Shown: one piece after another, positions 22,319 to 31,576 of the stretch
Numbering within the stretch: position 1 is the first letter of the stretch
Layout of the letters: every line of letters starts with the position of its first letter
From: Rhodospirillaceae bacterium
Lineage (GTDB): Bacteria; Pseudomonadota; Alphaproteobacteria; SMXQ01
Length of the DNA: 64,000 nucleotides
Direction: 5' to 3'
Assembly: GCA_947474495.1 (NCBI GenBank)
Contig: CANJIM010000001.1
Span: 27,939-91,938, forward strand
Position numbers and translations under genes: made by a program
Notes under the pieces: model-generated
What the model was told of the DNA's origin: nothing
Seen by the model: the letters and a program-made list of their open reading frames with translations, nothing else
Database searches by the model: none

Positions 22319-23458
22319 CTAGCCCTTCAGCGCCGCCTTCACCGCAGAAACCGTTTCTGCCACCTGCGCATCGGTGAGCTGCGGGAACATCGGCAGGCTG
22401 AGCACTTCCTGCGACGCTTTCTCCGTCATCGGCATTTTTCCTTGGGCGAGCCAAGTGTGGCCGGCATAGGCCGGTTGCAGATGCACCGGCATGGGGTAAT
22501 GCACGTTGGTGCCGATGCCGAGATCGCGCAGCTTCGCCTGCAGCGCGTCGCGCGCGCCGCTGCGGATCACATATTGATGAAACACATGGCCGGCACTGTC
22601 ACGGCGCAGCGGCAAGGGGCAAAGACCTGCCAGCTCTTTATCGTAGACGCCGGCAATGGCAGCGCGGCGGGCGTTCTCGCCAGCCAGATATTTAAGCTTC
22701 ACGCGCAGCATGGCGGCATGCAGCTCGTCGAGCCGGGTGTTCATGCCGGAGATGTCGCTGATATAGCGCTTGCGCCAGCCATACTCGCGGATCGCACGAA
22801 TCTTTTCGGCCAGTACCGCATCGTTGGTGGTGACGATGCCGCCGTCGCCGAAGGCGCCGAGGTTTTTGGTCGGATAGAGGCTGAAGGCCGCTGCATTGCC
22901 CCACGAGCCCACCGGCTTGCCGCCGAGCGTTGCGCCATGAGCCTGGGCGCAGTCTTCGATGACGGCGATGCCGTGCTGTTTGGCGATGGCGGCGATGGCC
23001 GGCATATCGGCGATCTGGCCGTAGAGATGCACGACGATGACGGCCTTGATCTTCGGCTTGTCGCCTTTCCCGCCCGTCATATTCCCCGCAAGCGCCGCTT
23101 CAAGCGCCGCCGGGCTGAGCGTGAAGTGATCGTCGATGTCGGCGAGCACCGGCGTCGCGCCGACCAGCTCGATGGAGGCGACGGTGGCGACTGCCGTATG
23201 CGACACGGTGACGACGCCGTCACCCCGCCCGATGCCGAGGCCGCGCAGAATGATCTCCAGCGCGTCGGTGCCGTTGGCGACGCCGATGCCATGCGCCGCG
23301 GACTCGAAGGCGGCAAATTCCTTTTCGAAAGTGGCGACCTCCTGGCCGAGAATGTACCAGCCGCTATCGAGCGCGCGGGTGACCGCAGCGTCGATCTCCG
23401 CCTTGTGGGCGAGATAGCCGGCCTTGGGATCGGCCTGCAGAACGCGAATGTCGGCCAC
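22319..23458 (-). CDS. DegT/DnrJ/EryC1/StrS-family PLP-dependent sugar aminotransferase (ArnB/WecE/VioA-like)
   Basis: 379 aa, conserved PLP lysine region (AFSLYPTKNLGAFGDGG), GTDAL and HLYG motifs. 9-nt gap to the upstream SDR gene. Confidence 0.85.
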   Translation of the reverse strand: MADIRVLQADPKAGYLAHKAEIDAAVTRALDSGWYILGQEVATFEKEFAAFESAAHGIGVANGTDALEIILRGLGIGRGDGVVTVSHTAVATVASIELVGATPVLADIDDHFTLSPAALEAALAGNMTGGKGDKPKIKAVIVVHLYGQIADMPAIAAIAKQHGIAVIEDCAQAHGATLGGKPVGSWGNAAAFSLYPTKNLGAFGDGGIVTTNDAVLAEKIRAIREYGWRKRYISDISGMNTRLDELHAAMLRVKLKYLAGENARRAAIAGVYDKELAGLCPLPLRRDSAGHVFHQYVIRSGARDALQAKLRDLGIGTNVHYPMPVHLQPAYAGHTWLAQGKMPMTEKASQEVLSLPMFPQLTDAQVAETVSAVKAALKG

Positions 23459-23467
23459 GAACGTCTC

Positions 23468-24469
23468 CTATAGATAATGCGCGAGATTGGCGCGGTAATA
23501 AGCGATCGACCGGCGCAGACCCTCGACCAGATCGACGCGCGGCGCCCAACCGGTGGCGGCGCGGAAGGCGCGGTCGTCGGCTTCGTAATCGCCGATGTCG
23601 ATGCGCTTGCGATCGGCGGGAAATTCCATACGCTTGAAGCCACCCTGGCCGCCGTTGGCGGCGATCAGGGCCTCGGCCAAGGTATCGAGGCTCACTGCGC
23701 CGCTGCCATTATGATGGGCACCGCCGAGATTATAGGCGTTGCCGGCGCAGGCTGGCGCGTCGATCGCCGCGATGAAGGCGTCGGCCACGTCGTCGGCATA
23801 GGTGAAGTCGCGCTTCTGCGCGCCGCCCCACACCTCGAACGGCTGATCTTCCAAGATGCGGCGGATCCAGATGCCGACGAAGGTCTGGCGCGCGTCTTTC
23901 ACCCGCATGCGCGGACCGTAACAATTGGTCAAGCGCAGCGCCGTCGCCGCCAGGCCATGCACCTTGGCATAGATCAGGTGATGCTGCTCGGCGGCGAGCT
24001 TATGCACGCCGTTGACGTCAGGCGGCCGCAACGCATGCTTCTCGTCGACCGGCAGATAATCCGGCACGCCGTAGAATTGCCGTGTCGAGGCATAGACGAT
24101 CCGCGCCGTGGGTCGGCGCGTGCGCACCAGTTCGAGCAGGCCAAGCTGTGCCGTGACGTTGGCGGCCAGATCGCCGAGCGGATCGCTCATCGAATCCATA
24201 TGGCCGGTGCGGCCGGCAAGATTGAAGATCGCGTCGCTGCGCTCGATCAGAGGCGTCATCGCGACGGCATCGCCGATGTCGCCTTTCACTAGAGTGAAGG
24301 GCGCGGCCAAGCCGTCGAGATTGAACGGATTGGCGCCACCCTCGGGCAAGAAGCTGTCGACGGCGGTGACTTCGGCGCCCAGGGACGCGAGGCGATGGGC
24401 CAGCGTCGCGCCGAGAAAGCCGGCGCCGCCGGTGATCAGCGCCTTGCGGCCCTGCCAGCTAGTGGTCAC
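23468..24469 (-). CDS. NAD-dependent nucleotide-sugar epimerase/dehydratase (extended SDR; UDP-GlcA decarboxylase or 4-epimerase/4-keto-reductase-like)
   Basis: 333 aa, [18 protein letters not shown] Rossmann motif, YASTRQFYG/YxxxK region similar to ArnA C-terminal and UXS enzymes. Start overlaps the rmlA stop (ATGA). Confidence 0.75.
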   Translation of the reverse strand: MTTSWQGRKALITGGAGFLGATLAHRLASLGAEVTAVDSFLPEGGANPFNLDGLAAPFTLVKGDIGDAVAMTPLIERSDAIFNLAGRTGHMDSMSDPLGDLAANVTAQLGLLELVRTRRPTARIVYASTRQFYGVPDYLPVDEKHALRPPDVNGVHKLAAEQHHLIYAKVHGLAATALRLTNCYGPRMRVKDARQTFVGIWIRRILEDQPFEVWGGAQKRDFTYADDVADAFIAAIDAPACAGNAYNLGGAHHNGSGAVSLDTLAEALIAANGGQGGFKRMEFPADRKRIDIGDYEADDRAFRAATGWAPRVDLVEGLRRSIAYYRANLAHYL

Positions 24470-25344
24470 GGGGCGAGACCGCCCCGCAGGATCTCGCGGA
24501 GATAAGCGCCGAGATCGTTGTTCTTATAGCGCTCGGCGAGCGCCGCCAGGCCGTGTTGGTCGATATAGCCCATGCGATAGGCGATCTCTTCCAGGCAGGC
24601 GATCTTGAGGCCCTGGCGTTCTTCGACCATCTGCACGAAGACGCCGGCCTGCAGCAAGGAATTGGGCGTGCCGGCATCGAGCCAGGCATAGCCGCGGCCC
24701 AAGCGCTCGACGCGCAGCGAGCCTTCGGCGAGATAGACGTTGTTGAGATCGGTGATCTCCAGCTCGCCGCGCGGGGACGGCTTGAGCGCCTCGGTGAACT
24801 TCACCACGCGCTCGTCGTAGAAATAGAGCCCGGTGACGGCGTAGTTCGACTTCGGCTCTTTCGGCTTCTCGACGATGCGCGTCGCGCGATTATCGGCGTC
24901 GAACTCGACGACGCCATAGCGTTCGGGATCCTTCACCCAATAGGCGAAGGTGGTGGCGCCCTTGCCTGCGGCTGCGGCGTTTTTCAACGAAGCGCTGAGG
25001 CCGTCGCCGTAAATGATGTTATCGCCGAGCGCCAAGGCGCAGCCTTCACCAGCGATGAAGTCGCGGCCGATCAGGAAGGCCTGCGGAATACCCTCGGGCT
25101 GCGGCTGCGCGGCGTAGGACAGTTCGACGCCCCACTGGCTGCCGTCGCCGAGGACTTTTTGATATTGCGGCAGGTCTTCCGGCGTCGAGATCAGCAGGAT
25201 CTCGCGGATGCCGGCGAGCATCAGCGTCGACAGCGGATAATAGACCATCGGCTTGTCGTAGACCGGCAGTAGCTGCTTGGAGATGGCCAGGGTGATCGGA
25301 TGCAGTCGCGTGCCGCGACCGCCCGCCAGAACGATGCCCTTCAC
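24466..25344 (-). CDS. rmlA: Glucose-1-phosphate thymidylyltransferase
   Basis: 292 aa, [18 protein letters not shown]...[12 protein letters not shown]. Near-canonical RmlA/RfbA N-terminus. Confidence 0.9.
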   Translation of the reverse strand: MKGIVLAGGRGTRLHPITLAISKQLLPVYDKPMVYYPLSTLMLAGIREILLISTPEDLPQYQKVLGDGSQWGVELSYAAQPQPEGIPQAFLIGRDFIAGEGCALALGDNIIYGDGLSASLKNAAAAGKGATTFAYWVKDPERYGVVEFDADNRATRIVEKPKEPKSNYAVTGLYFYDERVVKFTEALKPSPRGELEITDLNNVYLAEGSLRVERLGRGYAWLDAGTPNSLLQAGVFVQMVEERQGLKIACLEEIAYRMGYIDQHGLAALAERYKNNDLGAYLREILRGGLAP

Positions 25345-26426
25345 GATTTTGCTCCCGCCGTCTTTTTGTTGTCAGTCGCCAGGCCAAGCCGCTGGCCCGC
25401 ATAAGCGCCCTTGCGGATGCCCTGCCACCAAGGCCGATGATCGAGATACCAGCGGACCGTCTGCTCGAGACCCTTGAGGAAGCTCATGCGCGGCTTCCAA
25501 CCCAGCTCGCGCTCGATGCGTGAGATGTCCATGGCATAGCGGAAATCGTGGCCCGGGCGGTCGGTCACGTAGGTGATGAGTTTGCGCCGCTCGCCGATGC
25601 CAGCGTCCGGCGCGATCCGGTCGAGAATGTCGCAGATGCCCTCGACGACTTCGAGGTTGCGATGCTCCTCGCCGCCGCCGATGCCGTAGGTTTCGCCGAC
25701 TTTGCCGCGCGTCAGCACCAGATGCAGGGCTTCGGCGTGATCGTCGACATGCAGCCAGTCGCGCACGTTGGCGCCCTTGCCGTAAACCGGCAGCGGCTTG
25801 CCTTCCAACGCGTTGAGCGTGACCAGCGGGATGAGCTTTTCCGGGAACTGCCAGGGGCCGTAATTGTTGGTGCAGTTGGTCAGCAGCACCGGCAGGCCGT
25901 AAGTGTGATGCCAGGCGCGCACCAAGTGATCGCTTGAAGCCTTGCTCGCCGAATAGGGCGAGGACGGCGCATAAGGCGTCTCTTCGGTGAACTTGCCGGT
26001 CTCGCCGAGCGCGCCGAACACCTCGTCGGTCGAGACATGGTGGAAGCGGAAGGCCGCCTTGCGCGACTCCGGCAGCGCCGACCAATAGGCGCGCGCCGCT
26101 TCCAAGAGCACATAGGTGCCGACGATGTTGGTCTGGATGAAGGCGGCCGGGCCGTCGATCGAGCGGTCGACATGGGTTTCCGCCGCCAGATGGATGATGG
26201 CGTCCGGCTGATGGCGGGCCAAGATCGCCGCCACGGCGCTGGCGTCGGCGATATCGGCCTTTTCATGGATATGGCGGTGGTGGCCGAACGCCTCTTCCAG
26301 CGCGTCGGGGCTGGCGGCATAGGTCAGCTTGTCGAGATTGACGATCGCGGCGTCGGTGGTGCGCAACAGATGGCGCACCAGGGCCGAACCGATGAAGCCG
26401 AAGCCTCCGGTGATGAGAATTTTCAT
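25341..26426 (-). CDS. rmlB: dTDP-glucose 4,6-dehydratase
   Basis: 361 aa, [36 protein letters not shown] (YxxxK), canonical RmlB. 4-nt overlap with rmlA. Confidence 0.9.
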   Translation of the reverse strand: MKILITGGFGFIGSALVRHLLRTTDAAIVNLDKLTYAASPDALEEAFGHHRHIHEKADIADASAVAAILARHQPDAIIHLAAETHVDRSIDGPAAFIQTNIVGTYVLLEAARAYWSALPESRKAAFRFHHVSTDEVFGALGETGKFTEETPYAPSSPYSASKASSDHLVRAWHHTYGLPVLLTNCTNNYGPWQFPEKLIPLVTLNALEGKPLPVYGKGANVRDWLHVDDHAEALHLVLTRGKVGETYGIGGGEEHRNLEVVEGICDILDRIAPDAGIGERRKLITYVTDRPGHDFRYAMDISRIERELGWKPRMSFLKGLEQTVRWYLDHRPWWQGIRKGAYAGQRLGLATDNKKTAGAKS

Positions 26427-26605
26427 AGGCGAAAGGCCTGACAGGCGGGTCGATTGCGCATGGCGCCCGACGCTAAGGTATCGCTCTCACCGACGCAAGC
26501 CGCTGAAATTCCAGTCATCCTACGGCCCTCCAGAGCCGATTTCGCCACTCTGGAGGGGGATTGCGGCGCCTTCACGACGCTGTTGCCGTGAAGTCGCCGC
26601 AAATC

Positions 26606-27727
26606 TTAAGCGTGGCTGCTGGAGCCCGCCTTGACCTTGTCGAACATCGACCAGACGCCGGCTTCGCCGTCCCAGCTGCCCTTGCTGGCGGCCTTGGAAT
26701 ATTCCGTGGCGCGCTGCTCGAAGAAGTTGGCGTGCTCGACACCGTTGAGGATCTCGCTGAGCCAGGGCAACGGATGCGCCTTGGTCTGCTTGTAGCCGCT
26801 CGATTCCTCGATGAAATAGCCGAACACCGGGGTCAGCTTGAGCTGCGTCAGGCGCCAGTCGGCGACATAGCGCACATAAGCCTGGATATCCTCCGGCGTC
26901 ATGCCGTCGACCGGGCCCAAGCTGAAGGCGAGGTCGATGAATTTCTCTTCGAGGCCGACCATGGTCTTGGCGACGTCGACGATGTCGTCGCGCACCGCCT
27001 TGGTGACGGCGCCGGTCTCGCGGTTCCAGGTGTGGAACAGCTTGATGATGCCTTCGCAATGCAGGCTTTCGTCGCGCACCGACCAGCTGACGATCTGGCC
27101 CATGCCGTTCATCTTATTGTGGCGCGGGAAATTCAGCAGCATGGCGAAGCTGGCGAACAGCGCCATGCCCTCGGTGAAGGCGCCGAACATGGCGAGTGTG
27201 CGCGCCACATCGCCGACCGTGTCGGTTCCGAAGGTGTGCATGTAGTCGGCCTTGGCGCGCAGTTCGGCGTAATCGCGGAACGCCTCGAATTCCGACTGCG
27301 GCATGCCGAGCGTTTTCAGCAGCAGGGCATAGGCGTCGATATGGACCGTCTCCATGTTGGAGAAGGCGGCCATCATCATCTGCACTTCGAGCGGCTGGAA
27401 AATCGGGATGTAGCGCTTGAGATAATTGTCGCCGACCTCGACGTCCGACTGGGTGAAGAAGCGGAAGATCTGCGTCAGCAACGCACGCTCGGAATCGGTC
27501 ACGCGATCCGACGTCCAATCCTTGATATCGGAGCCGAGCGGCACTTCCTCACCCATCCAATGGGTCTGCTGCTGGCGCTTCCAGCAGTCGTAGGCCCAAG
27601 GATAACGGTCGACGTTGTAGGTGCCGGTGGCGGTCAAGAGACCGACCTTGCCGGTGCCGATCAGCGTGCGCGGGTTGACGCCGATGAGGCCCTTAGGCGG
27701 AAGATCGATCACTGACATGACAGGCAT
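26606..27727 (-). CDS. nrdB: Class I ribonucleotide reductase small (beta) subunit
   Basis: 373 aa, ferritin-like di-iron motifs (E..H twice) and HIDAY radical-tyrosine context. Overlaps the nrdA end by about 19 nt. Confidence 0.85.
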   Translation of the reverse strand: MPVMSVIDLPPKGLIGVNPRTLIGTGKVGLLTATGTYNVDRYPWAYDCWKRQQQTHWMGEEVPLGSDIKDWTSDRVTDSERALLTQIFRFFTQSDVEVGDNYLKRYIPIFQPLEVQMMMAAFSNMETVHIDAYALLLKTLGMPQSEFEAFRDYAELRAKADYMHTFGTDTVGDVARTLAMFGAFTEGMALFASFAMLLNFPRHNKMNGMGQIVSWSVRDESLHCEGIIKLFHTWNRETGAVTKAVRDDIVDVAKTMVGLEEKFIDLAFSLGPVDGMTPEDIQAYVRYVADWRLTQLKLTPVFGYFIEESSGYKQTKAHPLPWLSEILNGVEHANFFEQRATEYSKAASKGSWDGEAGVWSMFDKVKAGSSSHA

Positions 27728-29715
27728 TCCTCGTAATCGGTCGGCGCTGAGGCCGTCAAACCGGATTCAACTTTTTCTTCCAATTGGCCGGCGATGGCGG
27801 CGCGCGACAGCGACTTCGAGCGGCAATAGTAGAGGCTCTTCATGCCGCGCTTCCACGCCGTCCAGTGCAACATGTGCAGGTCCCACTTATCGATGTCGGC
27901 CGGCAGGTAAATGTTGATCGACTGGCTCTGGCAGATGTAGGGCGCGCGGTCAGCGGCGAGATCGATGATCCAGCGCTGATCGATCTCAAAGGCGGTGCGG
28001 TAGATCAGCTTTTCGTCGTCGGTCAGGCAATCGAGCTGCTGCACCGAGCCTTCGTGCTCGACGATGGACTGCCAGACTTCCGGCGTGTCCATGCCCTTCT
28101 TCTGCAGCAGCTTGGTGAGCTGGGCATTGCGCACCACGAAGGCGCCGGACAGCGTTTTATGCGTGTAGATATTGGCCGGAATCGGCTCGATGCAGGCACT
28201 GGTGCCGCCGCAGATAATGCTGATCGACGCCGTCGGCGCGATCGAGATCTTGTGGCTGAAACGCGCCGCCATGCCGCGCTCGGCGGCGTCCGGGCAAGCG
28301 CCGCGCTCTTCGGCGAGCAGCACCGAGGCGGCATCCGCCTCGCGGCGGATCTTGCGGAAGATGCGCATGTTCCAGGATTTCGCCAGGGCGCTTTCCATCG
28401 GGATGCCTTCGTCCTGCAGGAACGAATGGAAACCCATGACGCCGAGGCCGACCGAGCGCTCGCGCATCGCCGAATATTTGGCGCGTTGCATGCTGTCGGG
28501 CGCGATGTCGACGAAGAAGGTCAGCACGTTGTCGAGCATGCGCAGCACGTCTTCGACGAGGTTCGGCTCGTCGCACCATTCGTGCCAGGTCTCGATGTTG
28601 AGCGAGGCGAGGCAGCAGACGGCGGTGCGGTCTTCGCCGCGATGGTCCATGCCGGTCGGCAACACGATCTCGCTGCACAGGTTCGACGTGGTGACCTTGA
28701 GGCCGAGGTCGCGCTGATGCTTGGGCATGGCGCGGTTCACCGAATCGATGAACAGCAGATAGGGTTCGCCGGTCTGTAGGCGCGTCTCGAGAATGCGCTG
28801 CCACAGCTGGCGGGCATCGACCTCGCGCACCGGCTCGTTGTTCTTCGGGCTGCGCAGCTTGAACATGGCGCCGTCGCGCACGCAGTCCATGAACTCATCG
28901 GTGATGTTCAGGCCGTGATGCAGGTTGAGGCCCTTGCGGTTGAAGTCGCCCGAGGCCTTGCGGATTTCGAGGAACTCCTCGATCTCCGGATGATGAATGT
29001 CGAGATAGACGGCGGCCGAGCCGCGGCGCAGCGAGCCCTGGCTGATGGCGAGGGTCAGGCCGTCCATGACATGGATGAAGGGGATGATGCCCGACGTCTC
29101 GCCGTTGCCCTTCACCTTCTCGCCGATCGAACGGACCTTGCCCCAATAGGTGCCGATGCCACCGCCGTTGGAGGCAAGCCAGACGTTCTCGTTCCAGGTG
29201 TCGACGATGCCGTCGAGCGAATCGGGCACGCTGTTGAGGAAGCAGGAGATCGGCAGGCCGCGCGTCGTGCCGCCGTTCGACAGGATCGGCGTCGAGGGCA
29301 TGAACCACAGGCGCGACATGGCGTCGTACAGGCGCTGGGCGTGCTCGACGTCGTCGGCATAGGCGCAAGAGACGCGGGCGAACATGTCCTGGAAGCTTTC
29401 GCCCGGCATCAGGTAGCGGTCGGTCAGGGTGGCCTTGCCGAATGGCGTCAGCAGTTCGTCGCGCGAGCGGTCGAGCTTGAGGTCGGACGGCTGCGGCGGA
29501 CGCGCCAGCGGAAAGGGCAGCGGCGCGTGGCGCTCGACGCGCGGGCCGTCCTGCGGATGGGTCGCCGGCGTGGCGAAGGCCATGGCCGCCTGACGCGGCG
29601 CCTCCGCGACGACGCGCGGCTGCTGCAGCACCGGGCGCACCGGCGCCGGCGGCATCATCGGCGCCTGCGGCACGAGATTGCCCTGATGATCGAAGTCCAA
29701 TGCGAGAGACGACAT
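27709..29715 (-). CDS. nrdA: Class I ribonucleotide reductase large (alpha) subunit (no N-terminal ATP cone apparent)
   Basis: RNR_lg motifs PFIHVMDG..., SNLCSEI, C-terminal CxxC...ECLSCQ redox tail. Start placed at ATG 29713-29715 (MSSLALDF) preceded by GAGGGGAG. The ORF-track start at 29748 is a TTG. Confidence 0.85.
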   Translation of the reverse strand: MSSLALDFDHQGNLVPQAPMMPPAPVRPVLQQPRVVAEAPRQAAMAFATPATHPQDGPRVERHAPLPFPLARPPQPSDLKLDRSRDELLTPFGKATLTDRYLMPGESFQDMFARVSCAYADDVEHAQRLYDAMSRLWFMPSTPILSNGGTTRGLPISCFLNSVPDSLDGIVDTWNENVWLASNGGGIGTYWGKVRSIGEKVKGNGETSGIIPFIHVMDGLTLAISQGSLRRGSAAVYLDIHHPEIEEFLEIRKASGDFNRKGLNLHHGLNITDEFMDCVRDGAMFKLRSPKNNEPVREVDARQLWQRILETRLQTGEPYLLFIDSVNRAMPKHQRDLGLKVTTSNLCSEIVLPTGMDHRGEDRTAVCCLASLNIETWHEWCDEPNLVEDVLRMLDNVLTFFVDIAPDSMQRAKYSAMRERSVGLGVMGFHSFLQDEGIPMESALAKSWNMRIFRKIRREADAASVLLAEERGACPDAAERGMAARFSHKISIAPTASISIICGGTSACIEPIPANIYTHKTLSGAFVVRNAQLTKLLQKKGMDTPEVWQSIVEHEGSVQQLDCLTDDEKLIYRTAFEIDQRWIIDLAADRAPYICQSQSINIYLPADIDKWDLHMLHWTAWKRGMKSLYYCRSKSLSRAAIAGQLEEKVESGLTASAPTDYEECLSCQ

Positions 29716-29834
29716 GCCCACTCCCCCTCTAAAAAAACTCTGACTCAAATGCCGGCCGGGGTAATCGGACTCTTGCAGGACTCGGAATCGTCTCCTGCAA
29801 GCGTCGTCGGATCACCCCGCCCGAAAACTGTTTC

Positions 29835-30005
29835 GGCGTGCACGGCAGGTCTCCTGGCTCGCGGGTCGTCGCCGCTGTCTGGCCTTCCCGGCGCGCAACG
29901 CGCCAGTGGCGGTAATGACAGCAGGCTCGCCGCTTACAGTTGCGGGGGCAGCCCCGGCTTAAGCGCATCGCGCCGCACCGGCTTCCCTCTTAGCCCCGGA
30001 TATTG
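29835..30005 (-). promoter_or_regulatory. Cobalamin (B12) riboswitch in the nrdAB leader
   Basis: The minus-strand RNA contains GCUGCCCCCGCAACUGUAAGCGG, GCCACUGG, GGGAAGGC and the B12 box AGCCAGGAGACCUGCC (complement of + 29845-29860), in the order of the cobalamin riboswitch core. Confidence 0.85.
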
Positions 30006-30120
30006 CGATCCGGAGAACCGTGGACCCCAGATTTAGTGATGAAGGGCCCAACCCTGTCAAGCAACCGCTGGAAGCCCGCGGAAACATTGGCTCTGCGCCC
30101 ACCGAAGAAATTTCACGGGC

Positions 30121-31452
30121 TCACTCGACAAATTCGGCCAAATCGGGGATGCGCGTGAAGGCGACCTTGGCCCCCAGGTAATCGAGCTCCTTGCCGCCGC
30201 CCGGCTTGTCGTTGAGCACCCCAAAACCGACCGTGTCGCGGCCATAGCGCTTGTTGAGGGCGTCGAGCTTGGCCGACAGCAGCGTGGCCCGCGTATCCCC
30301 CAAGCGCGGCGCGTCGACCAGTTGCATCACCTTGCCCATCGGCAGCGGCGCCCGATCGCGCCGCTCGGCGAACAGATCGAGCGTGGTATCGGCGAGCGGC
30401 GTCAAGTCATGCAGCACGACCGAGACCTTCTTGAGCCGGCGCGGCGACCAGGCCGTCACGTGACGGGCCCATAGACTGTCGAGCGCTTCGAGAATGGCGG
30501 CGCTGTCCTGCGTCGCACCAAGACGGAAATCGCCGAAGTAGCGCTGACCGCTTTCCGACCGCGCACTGATGGCGAGATGGCCAGCGACATAGTCCATGCG
30601 GCGCAGGCGCGCCGCTGCCTTGGCCGCCAGACGACGGGCCACCAAGCGCGCCTTCTCCGCGATGCGCAGATCGGGGTCGAGGACGCGGCTATGGCCGATG
30701 GTGCGACGCTGCGTCTCCTTCACGGGCAAATCGAAGCCGTGCAGCATGTGCCAAAAGCCGTCGCCGGTGACGCCGCCCCAATTGCGCCGAGCGGCGCGTG
30801 GCGCCAGATTCCACAGGCTTTGCATGTCGCCGACACCGGCGCGCAACAGGCGGCGCTCCATGTTGGCGCCGATGCCCGGCAGATCGCGCAACTTCAGCTT
30901 GAGTAGCGGACCCGGCAATTCGCCGAGTCCGACGGCAGTCAGCCCGTCAGGCTTTTCCAATTCGGTCGCCACCTTGGCGAGAAAGCGATTGGGCGCCAAG
31001 CCGACGGAGCAACGTAGGCAGGGACCGGCCGCTTCCAGGATCGCCCGCTTGACGCGGCGGCCGAGCTCGAGCGCGGCGGCGCGCGTGCGCTGCTCCTCGT
31101 TGAGCAAGCAGCCCATTTCGTCGACCGACTCGACGCGGGTGACGCCGATCACGGTTTTGACAGCAGCGACGATACGATGATGAAAGCGCACGTAAATGTC
31201 ATGGCGCGCCGGCACGACGATAAGGTCCGGGCATTTCTCTTTCGCTTCCCAGATCGGCGTGCCGGTCTTGATGCCGAAGGCCTTGGCCTCGTAGCTCGCG
31301 GCGATGGCGCAGGTCGAATCGCTCATCACCGGCGCGACGGCGATGGGCCGGCCGCGCAAGGAGGGGTCGAGCTGCTGCTCGACGCTGGCGAAATAGCTGT
31401 TCAGATCGAGAAACAGCCAACGCAGCAAATCGGGGTCGTCTGTCGTCCGCAT
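30121..31452 (-). CDS. Y-family DNA polymerase (DinB/UmuC-like), catalytic residues present
   Basis: 443 aa, LFLDLNSYFASVE (Asp/Glu of motif I), VESVDEMGCLL (DE motif II), little-finger and extended C-terminus. Confidence 0.8.
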   Translation of the reverse strand: MRTTDDPDLLRWLFLDLNSYFASVEQQLDPSLRGRPIAVAPVMSDSTCAIAASYEAKAFGIKTGTPIWEAKEKCPDLIVVPARHDIYVRFHHRIVAAVKTVIGVTRVESVDEMGCLLNEEQRTRAAALELGRRVKRAILEAAGPCLRCSVGLAPNRFLAKVATELEKPDGLTAVGLGELPGPLLKLKLRDLPGIGANMERRLLRAGVGDMQSLWNLAPRAARRNWGGVTGDGFWHMLHGFDLPVKETQRRTIGHSRVLDPDLRIAEKARLVARRLAAKAAARLRRMDYVAGHLAISARSESGQRYFGDFRLGATQDSAAILEALDSLWARHVTAWSPRRLKKVSVVLHDLTPLADTTLDLFAERRDRAPLPMGKVMQLVDAPRLGDTRATLLSAKLDALNKRYGRDTVGFGVLNDKPGGGKELDYLGAKVAFTRIPDLAEFVE

Positions 31453-31561
31453 GAGCCCATCCGGTGAGAACCGAAGCCGCCACCGGCCAGGCCTCGGTGG
31501 AAGCGAGGCAAGACCGGACGGCGGATCGCAAGAGAGCGGACGAGACTCTTTAGACCAATGA

Positions 31562-31576
31562 GAACAAAATGGGAAC
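31562..31576. promoter_or_regulatory. LexA SOS box of the alphaproteobacterial type (GTTC-N7-GTTC) upstream of the Y-family polymerase gene
   Basis: + strand GAACaaaatggGAAC = GTTCccattttGTTC on the gene strand, about 110 nt upstream of the start codon in an AT-rich stretch. Confidence 0.7.

Noticed and set aside
22442-23473. 343-aa + strand ORF
   Set aside because: Antisense of the DegT-family aminotransferase.
27784-30036. 331-aa and 373-aa + strand ORFs
   Set aside because: Antisense of nrdA. The second also covers the cobalamin riboswitch, which explains the region without a protein.
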